Below, in pieces: positions 34,001 through 47,300 of a DNA stretch of 64,000 nucleotides. The translations under genes were made by a program, and so were the position numbers. The notes beneath the pieces were generated by a model that had not been told where the DNA came from, made no database searches, and saw only the letters and a program-made list of their open reading frames with translations. The DNA is from Carcharhinus amblyrhynchos. Lineage: Eukaryota. The first letter of the stretch is position 1, and each line of letters starts with the position of its first letter. The stretch covers positions 137,268,001 through 137,332,000 of the forward strand of contig OZ336872.1 of the NCBI GenBank assembly GCA_965287045.1, given 5' to 3'.

Positions 34001-37000
34001 CTCCTATTCTCCTCCAAAGTGCTATACATTTTTCTTTCCAAATATAGAGTCTTTTAATGTTCCATAAGATCATAGAATGGTTACAGAAGAAGCTCGTTGT
34101 GTCTATGCAAAAGTAAATCAGGTGGTGCTGCTCCTCCACCCTTTCTCTGTCCGGCTGTTTATCCATTCCCTTTGGGATGCTGCTGTTAAATCTGCTTCCA
34201 CTGTGCTCTCGATCCAGGCCTTCCAGATCCTGACCATTCGCTGTGTTAAGAGATTGAGTCTGTTGGCTGTGTGACCACCTGAGACACAGTGCTCTCTAGT
34301 GGCTGCGTTCAGTACTGTGCTGCAATCTGTTAATTCAACCACCCCACCCACTGCCCACTTCCCACCCCCTTCCACAACAGAATGGAAACTCAGTAAAATA
34401 TCTGGAATTAAAAGTCTACCGATAACCGTGAAACCATTGTCGATGGTCGTAAAAACCCATCTGGTTCACTAATGTCCTTTAGGGAAGGAAATCTGCCGTC
34501 CTTAGCCCGGTCTGGCCTACATGTGACTCCAGACCCACGGCAATGTGGCTCTCTGTTAAAGGCCCCTCTGAAATGGCTGAGACACTCAGTTCCAGGGCAA
34601 TTAGAGATGAGTAATAAATGGCTGCTCTTACCAACGAGGTCCATAGATGAATTAGAAAAAACATTCTCCATTTTTACCTCTTTCCAGCGATTTCTTTACA
34701 GCTGATCTATCCCTTTCCACCATAATGACTGTCCCCCCGGTCTTGGAGAGGGTGTGGAGGAGATTTTCTGGAATGGTGTCGGAGACGAGAGATTTCACTG
34801 AATGTGGAGAGACCGGAGAAGCCGGGATTGTTCTCCTGAGAGCAGAGAAGGTCAGGGAGAGGTTGTTCAAGATCATGAGTAGTATTCACAGAGTCGATAG
34901 GGAGAAGCCTTTCCATTCACGGGGGGGGGGTTGGTAACAGAGTTGGCAAAGGACCAATTAGGAGTGAGCACCAGGATCTGGAACGTACTGCAAATTCAAT
35001 CCTAATGTTTAAGAAGGAGAACTGGAGAGATGTTTAAATTTGAAAACTGTGGGGAAAGAGTATGGAATGGGATTAATTGGATACTTCTTTCAAAGAGCTG
35101 GCACAGGCACGATGGGCTGAATGGCGTCCTCTGCTGTATAATCGTCACTCTGCTCCGATATTGGGTAATGAAGTGGATTATGTTCTTTTTAACTTCTTGG
35201 TTCCTCTAATTTGTTCGATGAATACATCCTGAAAACATTCAGAAAGGGGTGGGTGAAAACCCCATGTTTGAACCCCCACCCAGGCACCGAGGGCAGCCCT
35301 GAATGGAGGTGACAGGGCCCCAGGCGGCGGCAGCAGCTGGCTAGCCGGTGACTGCCCCGTGTCCCCTCTGTTCAGTGCGGCCTGTGGAGCGAGGTGTCAA
35401 TCAGACCTGTCACTGGGCAGCAACGGGCAGAAGGTCCGCCCACCTACAGCTGCTGGCCAATCAGATGCCGGCAGCCCTCATTGCCAAGAGAGGTTGATGG
35501 TTGCTACGGGTAAGGCACCCAACCGAGACCCAGGATCGCCATGGATTCATAGGTGAGTGATGATGGCGGTTGGGGTGGGGGAGGGGGTCATGAAGAGAAG
35601 AGGGTTGAGTGGGTTTGGCAGTTTGGGCAAGGGATAGCTCTTATTGGGTAACCCTCCCCACCATCTCCCCGACCCCCATTGCCGGTTCCACAGACAATCG
35701 GGGCCTTTAAAACTGCCACCACCTCAGGAGCCTATCAACATCTTCAATAGATTTAGCCGGCAAATACCAGCAGCAGGATGCAGCCCTTAAGCGAGCATAA
35801 ATTCCACCCCCCCCCCCCTTTTCTCCCCCGCCCACAACCCCGATCCCAAACCCTGGGATTGAGATAATCTCACTTCCTCCTTCCATCGGCACTGCCGGGA
35901 CCACAGAGCGGCCAGCCAACCTGATTGGCCAACAGCAGTCTCTGAGGTGGGACTTCCACCCCTCCCTCACACCGAAACCCTGTCCCTCTCCAGAGAGTTA
36001 ATGCGGGGGGCTGCTGCGGTGGAGGGATGCAAAGCTTGCTGATTCTTTAGCTGATGTGGTGAGATACCCCCACCAGCTGAAGAACCCTGCTCCAAGTCCC
36101 TGGACCGCACACTGCACGGATGCATTATCTATATTGAGCTTGTTAATGTTGAATAAATTGACTTCCTCTCTGGCTAAGGGGGCAGTTACAGGTCTCACAA
36201 CACCAGGTTAAAGTCCAACCAAATTATTTGTTAGTAAACTCACAAGCTTTTGGGATTTGCTCCTTCATCAGGTGAATGGAGAGTTCTGGCTCTGTCTGAG
36301 GCACAATTTGTTCAAGTTAATTAACATACAGAGTGTTGATGTGTAATTTTTTTTAAATTAATCCGATTCATGGCTTTGAACTAACATTTCTATTTTCTTC
36401 CTTTGTCTTTTAATCTTCTCTCTCCCTCTCTCTCTCTGTTTCTCTCTCCCTCACGGCTTCTCTTTGACTGTGACCCTGGGCTAACCTTGCCTTCCTCTCA
36501 GAGCTATAAGAAAGCAATAGATGAGGTTAGTGCCATCTATCATTTGGAAAGATAACACGGTGAAACCAGCAAACAAACCATGATGGCATTGTGAGCTTTT
36601 AATCTTATTTTTTGAAGAAAGGAGATTGAATTGTTAGCTCCCGGGCTGGAGATGTTTCTCGGGGTTTTCGGGGTTACGTGACTCCCACACTCAGTCACCC
36701 TTCCCGGTTGAATAGCTTTCCTTTCCAACTCCAATGTTTTGGACAAGGAAAGAAATATTCAACAAAATAAATGCTCAATGTTAAGTGTACCTACAGTGAT
36801 GTATCTGGTGTATCACAGCTTGGAACTGGATAGTATGTATGGCACAGAAACAGGCCATTCGGCCCAGTTGGTCCATGCTGGTTTATGTTCCAACGAGCCT
36901 CCTCCCATCCTACTTCATCTCACCCCATCAGCATATCCTTCAGTTCCCTTCTCCCCTGTGTTAATCGAGCTTCCCCTGCAATGCACCTCGACTGCCCCCT

Positions 37001-38322
37001 TTAACTGTGAGTTCCATATTCTCACTACTACTCTCTGGGCGAAGAAGTTTCTCCCAAATTCCGAACTGGATGGCTTTATATTCAGGGGACCCTAGATTTG
37101 CCCCACTCACAGGTGGGTAACGTCTTCTTGACATTTACCCAGTCAAGCCTAGGAAAAGAGAAAGGCTAAAGTCTTCTCATTATCAGCACCATCGCTGTAT
37201 TGGTTTCCCAAATCCAGCTTTAGACCTTCGGGTTACAAACCCGCCAGGAATACCCTGGAAGTTCCAGTAATTAAACTTCAACTTCCGATACATACACACA
37301 AGGTGATAAATTCCGATGGGCGCAATAAGGAGGCCACCCAGTCTTTTGGAAAATGTGGTCTTCTGTTAAGAGCAGAGATGGACAGATCGTTAGTTATTAA
37401 AGGTGTTAAGGAATATGGGTAATGACATTGAAGTAGAAGGTCAGCCATGATCCAGTTGAATGGTGAAGCAGACTCGAGGGGCCGAGTGGCCCACACTGCC
37501 TCCTATTTCCTATCAACATCTTCTCCACAAGTTTCTCTTTTCTGGAGTAGAATCCCAGTCAAAGAACAAAGAAAATTACAGCGCAGGAACAGGCCCTTCG
37601 GCCCTCCAACCGACAGCGACCCCGCTGCCCAACTGAACTAAAACCCCCTACCCTTCCGGGGCCCGTATCCCTCTATTCCCATCCTACTCATGCATTTGCC
37701 TAGATGCCCCTCACTATTGTATCTGCTTCCCCTACCTCCCCTGGCAGCGAGTTCCAGGCACCCACCACCCTCTGTGTAAAAAAAAAAAATTGCTACATTT
37801 CCTTTAAACCTTTTCCCCTCACACCTTAAACCTGTGCCCCCCCTAGTAATTGACTCTTCCACCCCGGGAAAAAGTTTCTGACCATCCAAACTTCAACCTG
37901 TTCTGATAGACAAGACTCCTGAGTAATGCAGAGAGCAGAACTGTTTGCAATACTCTGAGTGTGGTCTAAGCGATGTTCGACATGGGTTTAACATAACTTC
38001 ACCGCTTTTCAATTCTATCTCTTTGGAAATGAACGCCAGTTTGCTGTGTTTGCTTTTTCGTGACCTCATGAACATGCATCACTAATTTTAATAATTAATG
38101 CAACTGTCCATCCTCATCCCTTTACTCTCTAACCATCCCCACTCCCCCCACCTGCTAACCTCGAAGAACTACCAATGCATCAGGAAGCTGAGAGTTGGGG
38201 GCATTAATTGCAGCAGAACATTCATTGTTCTGTTACCTGCAGCCATAGAGTTGCCAGTGTGAATATTGGGGTGACCTTTTTGAAAGATCTTGTAAATGTG
38301 CTTCCTGAAGAGGGATTTTCTT

Positions 38323-38369
<47 letters not shown>

Positions 38370-41300
38370 GTGATGGGGTGGGTGGTGGAACGGACGGTGG
38401 GCAATGGAAGATGACTGGGGAGAACCAATGTTACGACGTCATGCATGAGCAACCTGGATTATGATAGAATTGACGTGTGGAGTGTATCAACCCCCTGCTC
38501 AGCCCTCTGTGCACAGTGACTACCCAGGCCTTGGCTACTGCAACTCCAACAACAGCCTCCAGGGGTTGCCCCAGAGCAGTGTCCCCCTCCTGTGCATGTG
38601 TGCACACCAGATTGCCAAAGCACAGCACATCAAAGATCCCACTAACAATGTAAGAGAACATTACTCAACCGAGCCTTGGCCTGTGTGACAGATTAAAGTG
38701 GATACTACCTGCAGGGGGGCTAGGCAGGCTGACTGACTCAACGTCCTGTGTGCGCTGTGTAGTGTTTGGCAAGGATAGTGCATGGATTAGAGGGTGTCGT
38801 GTAAGGAACAACTGTTCCTTTGGTTTGAATGTTAACTAATCATCTGCTTTGGGGAGATTCTGTAAGGAATGTGTAAATTTCCAGCAAAAGTTTGTGGGAG
38901 ATTTGTAGCTGTGTGTTAATTTGAGAGAGTTGCCGGGGGGGGGGGGGTGTCTTTCTGGGTAAGGTGACTTTGCCAGCAGCACTGGGGGGGGTGAGTTTCC
39001 CCTGTGTCTATCCTCTGCGTAGACTGCTGAGTGACCCCCAGTTATTCCATCAAAATTTCCCCTCCCCTTGATTTGTGTCACTGGCTGTTGTGTTCCTCCT
39101 AGGGGTCACCACGGATTCGGAATTAATTGATTTAGGAAGAGGAATCCAGGTCTAAATACAGGCCAGATTTAGTCCCCTTTTTTGCAGTCAGCAATTGCTG
39201 GAGTTAATACAATTTTTTTGAAAGGCAAATGGTTCAATTTTTCTCAGATCATCACTGGTTGGTTGTTTCTCTGAGAATGACTCCCGGATTTAGACATACA
39301 GTTGACACGGGGCAGGTTATATAATCTGCTTGGATTCCATTGCGGAGAGAGGGTGGTTTAACTGAGGCTGATGAAAGGATTGAACAGGGTAGATGTGGAG
39401 AAAAGTTTTCCTCTAGCCCAGAGCGTGGAGGCCGAACATTAAAATAGATTGAGGTGGCTTCAGGGCGACCTGTTCACACCATCCGGATCTGGGAACTCTC
39501 TCCCCAAAAGACGATGTTTGAGTTGGGGGGAGTCAGTTGAAATTGATGGACTTGAAACAAGGCAGAGGCTGTAATTACAGGGGAATTCTCACGCCTGCGA
39601 GCTGCTGTGGAGAGTAAAAGCAAAGTCAACCTTTCATGAGGACATTTGTGGGGAAAAGGCATTTAGGGTTTCGGAACCAGATTGACTAATGGGAGTGAGG
39701 AGCAAGTCAAGATCCAGCTGGATGATAGAATGGGCCTGCGGGGTGGACAGGGTCTCCTCCTGTTCTGATGTTGTCTGTTTTTGTCTGATTTTCCTATGTC
39801 ACAACTTGGTGTTGTGAGACTTCTCACTTTATCATTATTGAAAGGTGCAATGTCCATAAAATTCTTAAGATTTTTCTAGATTCCAGTTGGTCATTGCGTA
39901 CGAGTGTTTAATTCATCTCAGCTTTCAGAAAAACGTGGACTGAGACTGAAACTGAAACTCCCAGCACGGTTTGAGCATTTACGCCTGTAACCAGCTCCCT
40001 TTTCTCTCTTTCCCAGTGCGGTGGTGAAGAGTTTCACTCCTCATGGGGTGAGGGAGAGTCACTCAGGAGATTGAAGTGTTGGGGGGAGTGGGGGGGTGGT
40101 GTTAGGGCTGTTACAGAGGATGGAGTGTGAGGTTGGGTAGAGGGGTTTAGGTTGGGTGTGAGGGGTCCAGGGCTGGGGGTAGGGGGTCCCCGATGATAGT
40201 TCAGCCATGGAGAGATTGGATCTTGTTCACACCGTTTGGCCACTGTCCTGGGTGTTCATTTTTTGTCAGAAAAACACAAAGTCCCCGTCATGGAATAGAA
40301 TCTATTGCAGTGCAGAAGGAGGCCATTCAACCCGTCGAACCTGCATCGACACCAATCTCACCTATTCCCGTAACCCTACTAGTCCCCCTGACACTAAGGG
40401 GTAATTTAACATGGCCGATCGACCTAACCTGCACATCTTTGGAGTGTGGGAGGAACCCGGAAGACACGGGGAGAATGTGCAAACTCCACTTAGACAGTGA
40501 CCCTAGCCGGGAATTGAACCCGGATCCCTGGCGCTATGAGGCAGCAGTGCTAACTCACTGTGCCATTGCACTCCCCCGTTTGCACTTTTCAGACATGGTG
40601 GTTGAATAATGAGGGAGGAGTTACCTTGTCTCGTTAACTCCCTCTCACCCCAACCCACTTCCCCAGTTCAGAGCATTCACAGAATGATGCACTCTCAATG
40701 CTCCACACAAGATTCCTCCCACCCCTCGTAGTCTCATCCAGTCAGCACATCCTATTTGATAGGAAAGGGAACCATAATCCGTCAGACATATTGCCAGCAC
40801 TTGTGCCTAGCTGCAGCTGCGTTAGTTTGACAATGCTTCCATCCACAGTTCAATCTTTCCTTGTGGTCATATTTAGCTATCACTTCAGGTCATGCTGCAG
40901 TGATGAGGCTCCATTTTAACAAGGTTAGGATTAAAAGACGTGGGCCGCGGATAGAGAAACATTTCCAGCTAAAGACAGAATTGGACTCTACTGGGGACCC
41001 AAGTACGGGAAGCTCCAACCTACGCTGGCGATGAGCAGGGTATAGAATTACTCCTGGTTCTGTACGATATCCAACATCGCTTCACTCCCAGAATCGAGCT
41101 CCATGTGGGTCAGTCAATTGAAAGCATTGTGCCGGCCCAGTGAGCTGGAATTAGTGAGCCACTGCTGTCAGGATCCACAATAGAAAGTCTATTTTACCAC
41201 AAACAGAAATGTATTAATCGGCAGAGTCAATTTAAACAGTCTCAAAGAACAGCAGCAAACTGAACTCGTGACCAACCCACGGCAAACAGTGAGTGGAGGA

Positions 41301-44300
41301 TAGTGAAGTAATTCTAAAGTAACAGCGCAAATTTAACTCTAGCCTTTGACAGCCTCACTGACACCAGGTTTAATTAAGGGGAAAATTGATCCATCATCTC
41401 CATTCTGCCTGGGATTTGTCAGCTAATTTCACAATGTCTTTAGCCCTCCCTTTTGGGGAAGTGTTAATCAGGCAGTTTGCTTCTTAGCTGTGCCAATCCT
41501 ACTGTTCTGCTGAAGAACCCAACTTTCTGGTCATTGAGGGGGCGGAGCTGTCCCTCGTGGGTTTGAAGAAATGGCGCAGACATCTTCAAATTCAAACAAC
41601 GTTTCCATTGACTTCTGGGTAAAGCTTGGACAAGACAACAACATCACTGTGTCAACCTCTGTGACCTTCCAGTGTCTTTAGATTGGTCCAAACTGTGGGG
41701 ACAATCGTTACGGGGAGAAGGCAGGAGAATGGAGATGAGAATCATATCAGCCATGGTTGAATGGTGGAGCTGAGTCGATGGGCCAAATGGCCTAATTCTG
41801 CTCATTTATCTTATGGTCAAAGCTGACAGCCTTGTGGATTACTGTGAACTGATCAGTTCTTGGAATATGCTGCACAGAGGGCATCCTCCCTGCCTTTGAA
41901 CAGCCTGTCCATTCCAAGGGCAGCACAGTGGTTAGCACTGTTGCCTGACAGCAGCAGGGACCCGGGTTCGATTCCCGGCTTGGGTCACCGTCTGTGTGGA
42001 GTTTGCACATTCACTCCGTGTCTGCGTGGGTTTCCTCCGGGTGCTCCAGTTTCCTCCCACAATCCAAAGATGTGTGGTTAGGTGCATTGACCATGCTAAA
42101 TTCTCCTTCAGTGTACCTGAATAGGCGCCGAAGTGTGGCTACTAGGAGATTTTCACAGTAACTTCATTGCAGTGTTAATGTAAGCCTATTTATGACACTA
42201 ATAATTAAACATTAACAATTAACCCCGTACTCTATTCCCATAACCCTACAAACTTTTCCTATTGAAATATATACCATAATGTCTTTGTGAAAGTTATTAT
42301 TAAATCTGCTTCTGCCATTTTTTTCAGGCAATACATTCTAGATTATATCATGTTTGCATTTTTAAAAAACGTCTTCCCATCTCCCTTCTGATTTTTTTTC
42401 CCAATTATTTTAATTGCCCCAGTTTCTTGGGGCTGTCTCAGTTCATATATCATATAATTATTCATTGTTGGGATCTGACACTATTCAGTCGCACTGACCT
42501 GGAGACTTGGTGAATAGTCGCGGTATGATTGAGGTGTGCAGAATAAACCTGTCTGAGTTTCTTTGGGGGTTTTTCCGTTGCTATGTTTTGTGGTAGTCAT
42601 TTTGTCAACTGGTTTCTTTCTCCCTGCACCCTCTCCCCATGCTGACCCATCGGTCACTAATGTAGGCAGAAATGGTAAGACTAACGCTTTGCAAATGCTG
42701 GCTTCTAAACACCTGCATGCTTTATGTGCGAGACCGATTGGCCAATTCCGTTTGAATGAGGCTATGTCTGCTTTCATGCTTCAGGTGTGTTTGTGGAGCT
42801 GAAATTGTGCATGAATACCACCCCCAAACCACGCAACTGTTCGAAAGCCAATCGCAACACCCTCTGTTAATGATGCTGCTCAAGGGACCAGTTACAATCC
42901 GAGGCTCACCTCCCTACCCCCTGTTTGGTGTTGTGTGAATGATTCATTGACTGGTGCTGTATCGACTGCACTGGCATTAAGGCAGTGCATGCTGGGTGTG
43001 TCTGTGACGTTTACAATGAAAGATAATCAACTGGCTCTGTTTACATTGAGTTTCACAGGAAAATTGCATTAGAAACTCTTTGCGGTTTTGGAACTGACTT
43101 TGAAGTGAATCAGACCAGAAACCTGGATTTCAATTCTCGCATATTTGCCCTGGACTCATGCAGCAACAAGATTTTGCATTTATATAGCACTTTAGGGCAG
43201 TAAAGCTAAAATGCTTTATAGGAGCACTACCAAACTACACAAGGGGAAATTACGATTGGTGTCTGTTGGTGGGACATCCGGTACTGCCCAAACTTTAGAC
43301 AAGACTCACAAAGCCAGTATCTTTGTATTAAAGACGTAACTTTATTTAAACCAGTGACCACCAGAAGTTGATCAAAGCATTAAGTAGCTCTGATATAGAG
43401 CAACAAAACTGATGAATCTAATATATACAATCATAAACACACCAATTAGAGCTTTTTTTATCAATCATTCCTGCCTTTCAGTAACTTTAAATCCGTCATC
43501 TTCAGGATACACAAATCAGCAATAATACCTGTCAAATACTTTAGCCAATCGAATTCCACCCCTCAGCATAATGGTGTTTTATAAGTCGGTGAAATCCAGA
43601 AGCTGACTGCTGTCCTCGCTGACCCCGTTCCCTGGTTTCCGAGTAAACTAAGACACTCATCTCAGATCAACATTCTCACAGGTCACTGTTTAACCAGACT
43701 CACTCGTGACATCACGTCTGCTCACCAGTCCCATCCTGTCCAGACGGTGAATAAACCCTGCTGGTGAAATAAGATTAAGTGTTCTAAATGTTCCCCCATC
43801 CGAAACTTTACTGATAAAACTTGCACATTTCCAAGGCCCAAATATTCTCTTGAAATATGGTTTTGTCCTAATGACTTTTACCACGAGGCCTTGCGGGAAA
43901 ATGCTTTTGGATTAAAGTGAACAATATTCCTTAGGAGCAATAATAATACATTCAAAATATCAGCATATATGTTTTACCATCATAATCACTCATTTGAATC
44001 AATTACTGCATTTCGTATGTGCAAATTGCTTCTTGGTAGTTCATAAATATATTTTAAAAGTCACTTAACTGAGTGCTGCTAGTTCTGTCAGTACCTTAAG
44101 GTCTATTGGTTTAAAAACTTACCATCCCATTAGGGCTTCTGCTTGCAGTGTTGTAAAGCAAAGAGTTAGATTCTAGGTTACATTGTGAAGAGAGAGTGAG
44201 GTTTAGGGAAGGAATTCTGGAGCTCGGGAGACTGACTGAGTAATGAAAATTTGGAATGTGTATGAAACTCGAATCCGAGAGACGCAGGGAGCTAGCAGAG

Positions 44301-47300
44301 CTCCAGGCCTCAAGGAGGTTACAGAGGAGGAAAGGTTCAAGTCCATGGAGTATTGGAGCGTGAGGATGCTTTGTTGGTCCAAGCCCAGTGCAGGTTTGCG
44401 CACAGAGGAAATGGTTAAACAAAGCTTGTTAGGAGTTTGGACATGGGTAATAGAATCTTCAATGAGATAAAGTGTAAATTGCAGATGTTGCAACAATCTG
44501 TGGATCTTCATTAGGGAAAAGGTGAACACCAACTACCTGAGAATGGACTGCATTTGAAGTGACACCAACTCGTTGATGGCCTATGACTAGAATAATTTTT
44601 AATGTCACCCAAGGTGGGTTGTTGGGTAACTCACTCCAGTGTCCGCCAGTTGTGATCCTGTTGTCTGAATCTAAATAAATCCAGCAGCGTGAATGTTTGT
44701 AAATGTGTTTGGCAGCACATCTACAAACATTCAATCCCTCCACCACTGACACTCAGTAGCAGCAGTATGTACCATTTACAAGATACACTGCAGCAATTCA
44801 CCAAAGATCCTGAGACAGCACCTTCCAAACCCACAGCCACTTCCATCTGGAAGGTCAAGGGCAGCAGATACATGGGAACACCACCACTTGCAAGTTCCTC
44901 TCCAAACCACTCATCATCCTGACTAGGAAATATATCACCATTCCTTCGCAGTCAAAATCCTGGAATTCCCTCCCTAACGGCCTTGTGGGTGAACCCACCG
45001 AACACGGACTGCAGCGATTCAAGAGGGAGTTCACTGTCACCTTTTCAAGGGCAACCAGGGATGGGCAATAAATGCTGGCCAACCAGCAACACCCACACCC
45101 CACAAATGAATAAAAATAAAGTATGGCCTGGATTTTTAGGTGAGCCGCTGCCATCCAGAGATCCCTGGTGCCATTCGACCCTGTAACAAGCATTGATTGG
45201 CATAGGGGAAACCTCCGACATTCAGGTGCCAGGAGGTCCCACCATGGCAGCCCTCCTGTCCCTCCAGCAGCAGCACTGCAGTGGCCGGAATAGTAACTGC
45301 ACGGAGCTGCCTGAGCCCCAGGTTAGTATCAGGGGTCCAGGACAGGGAGGGTAGGGAAGGCCAAGAGGTCAATCAGGGTCTTGAGGTGTAGAAATGGGAG
45401 GGATTGCCCCTCCCTCCTGTCAGTCATCCAGTGGGCGGTGCCAGTGCTGAACCCCAGGTAACAAGGTGGCGCAAGCCTGTAAGTGTTTCCGTCTGTGTTC
45501 CAGTAAAGTTTATGACAAACCGGCTTCTGCCTCAGAATGGACACACTGGCGACGAGGGTAAACCAGACTGATGCTGCCCCCTTCACCACGATACATGATT
45601 TCAAAAAACGGCAAAGAAGATTTAAAAGTTTGAAGAGAATTCGGGAAAAGTGCAGGAAGGAAACAGAGAACAAAAAAACAGAACAAGGAATTGCCCTGAT
45701 TGTCGTGGTGTTTATTTTAAGTCAGGACACCGTTTTGAAGGTTAAACGAAGGAATGCAATGCTGCATAACTTCCGAAAAGCACACCTGCCGAGACTCCGA
45801 CAGCCCGGAAAGATCGAAGCTGACACGGGAAAGCTGACAGAATTCAACACGCACCAGACCTGCAAAAAGACAAGTGATCTCACCCTCAATGATCAGCATG
45901 GAATCTATCTCACTGAGCAAAGTGTGGGGGAAAAAACGCACAACAGGCAAACTGCACAGGAAACTTCGAAAAGGAAAACACTCTTAATGTGGTACACACA
46001 TCGACACACACACGAACACACAGACACACACGTGTACACATGAACACAGAAACACATACAGGCACAGACACACACACACACCACAGTCACACATTCAGGA
46101 TAAAATGGGAAAACTGAAAGAGGTTCACGCTACAATACACATCAATCCCCAGGCAACACCTCTCTTCGTCCAGACCAGGCCACTTTCCTTATCCCCTCAG
46201 GAAAACTGGAAGCAGAGTCGTGCGGATTGGAGGATCCGGGAATAGTTCAGTCGGTCTGGTTTTCTGGGTGAGCTGCACCCATCATTCCCAGTTCTTAAGT
46301 GAGACCGGACCGTCCCTCTGTACAGCAACTAATAACTGACTGTCAACAGAGCGGGAATGTTAGACCCTATTCCCAGATCCGTGATTTGTATTGTTCACTA
46401 AGGGAGAATTTGACAATCGTTACTCTGAGACCTTTACCCCTGCATTTATTGCCAATTGCTAATTGCCCTTGAACTGACTGATCTGCAAGGCCAATTAAGA
46501 TGGTCCAAGATGCTAGATTCAAGATTCCAGATGTAAGATCTCATTGCTGTGGATCTGGAGTCACGTGTAGGCCAGACCAGATCATGAATATTAATGAACA
46601 GCTGGGTTTTTAACTTTTAATTCCAGATTTTTATTGAATTCAAATTCCACCATCTGCTGTGGCGGGATTTGAACCCAGCCCACAGAGCCTTACCTTGGGT
46701 CTCTGGATTTAATGGTCCATTGACAATACCACCGTCCCTGTTCCATTCGAACAAGAGCCCCAGCTGAACATCCCCCTGACCACACAGGCTGCCACTGACC
46801 ACCTGACCTACTCTCCCCCCACTCCCTCCACAACTACCCTCCAATCCAACCCACTTGGCTTACAAACCTACCTCTCCCCGCTTGAAGGTGACTGGACCTT
46901 GCCTGCTTTTAGAACATAGAACCCTACAGTGCAGAAAGAGGCCTTTTGGCCCATTGCGTCTGCACCGAACACAATCCCACCCAGGCCCTACCCCTATATC
47001 CCTACATATTACACCCACAAATACCTCTAACCTACACATCCCTAGATACTAAGGGCAATTTTAGCATGGCCAATCAACCCAACCGCACATCTTTGAACTG
47101 TGGGAGGAAACTGGAGCACCCAGAAGAAACCCACACAGACACGAGGAGAATGTGCAAACTCCACACAGACAGTGACCCGAGCTGGGAATCGAACCCAGGA
47201 CCCTGGAGCTGTGAAGCAGCAGTGCTAACCACTGTGCTACCGTGCTACCCAATGGCAGGTTTAATGGCAGGTTGCGCTGCAGTACAAAAAGAAAAAGTGG

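Noticed and set aside
35240-36000. GC-rich block as CpG island or promoter
   Set aside because: Looks like decayed palindromic MITE-like repeats (similar pieces near 13740-13960, 25130-25290, 52040-52150); could not define termini or support a promoter
40017-40047. Small exon tttcccag|...|gtgagg
   Set aside because: 31 nt would shift the frame; no homology or regulatory motif support
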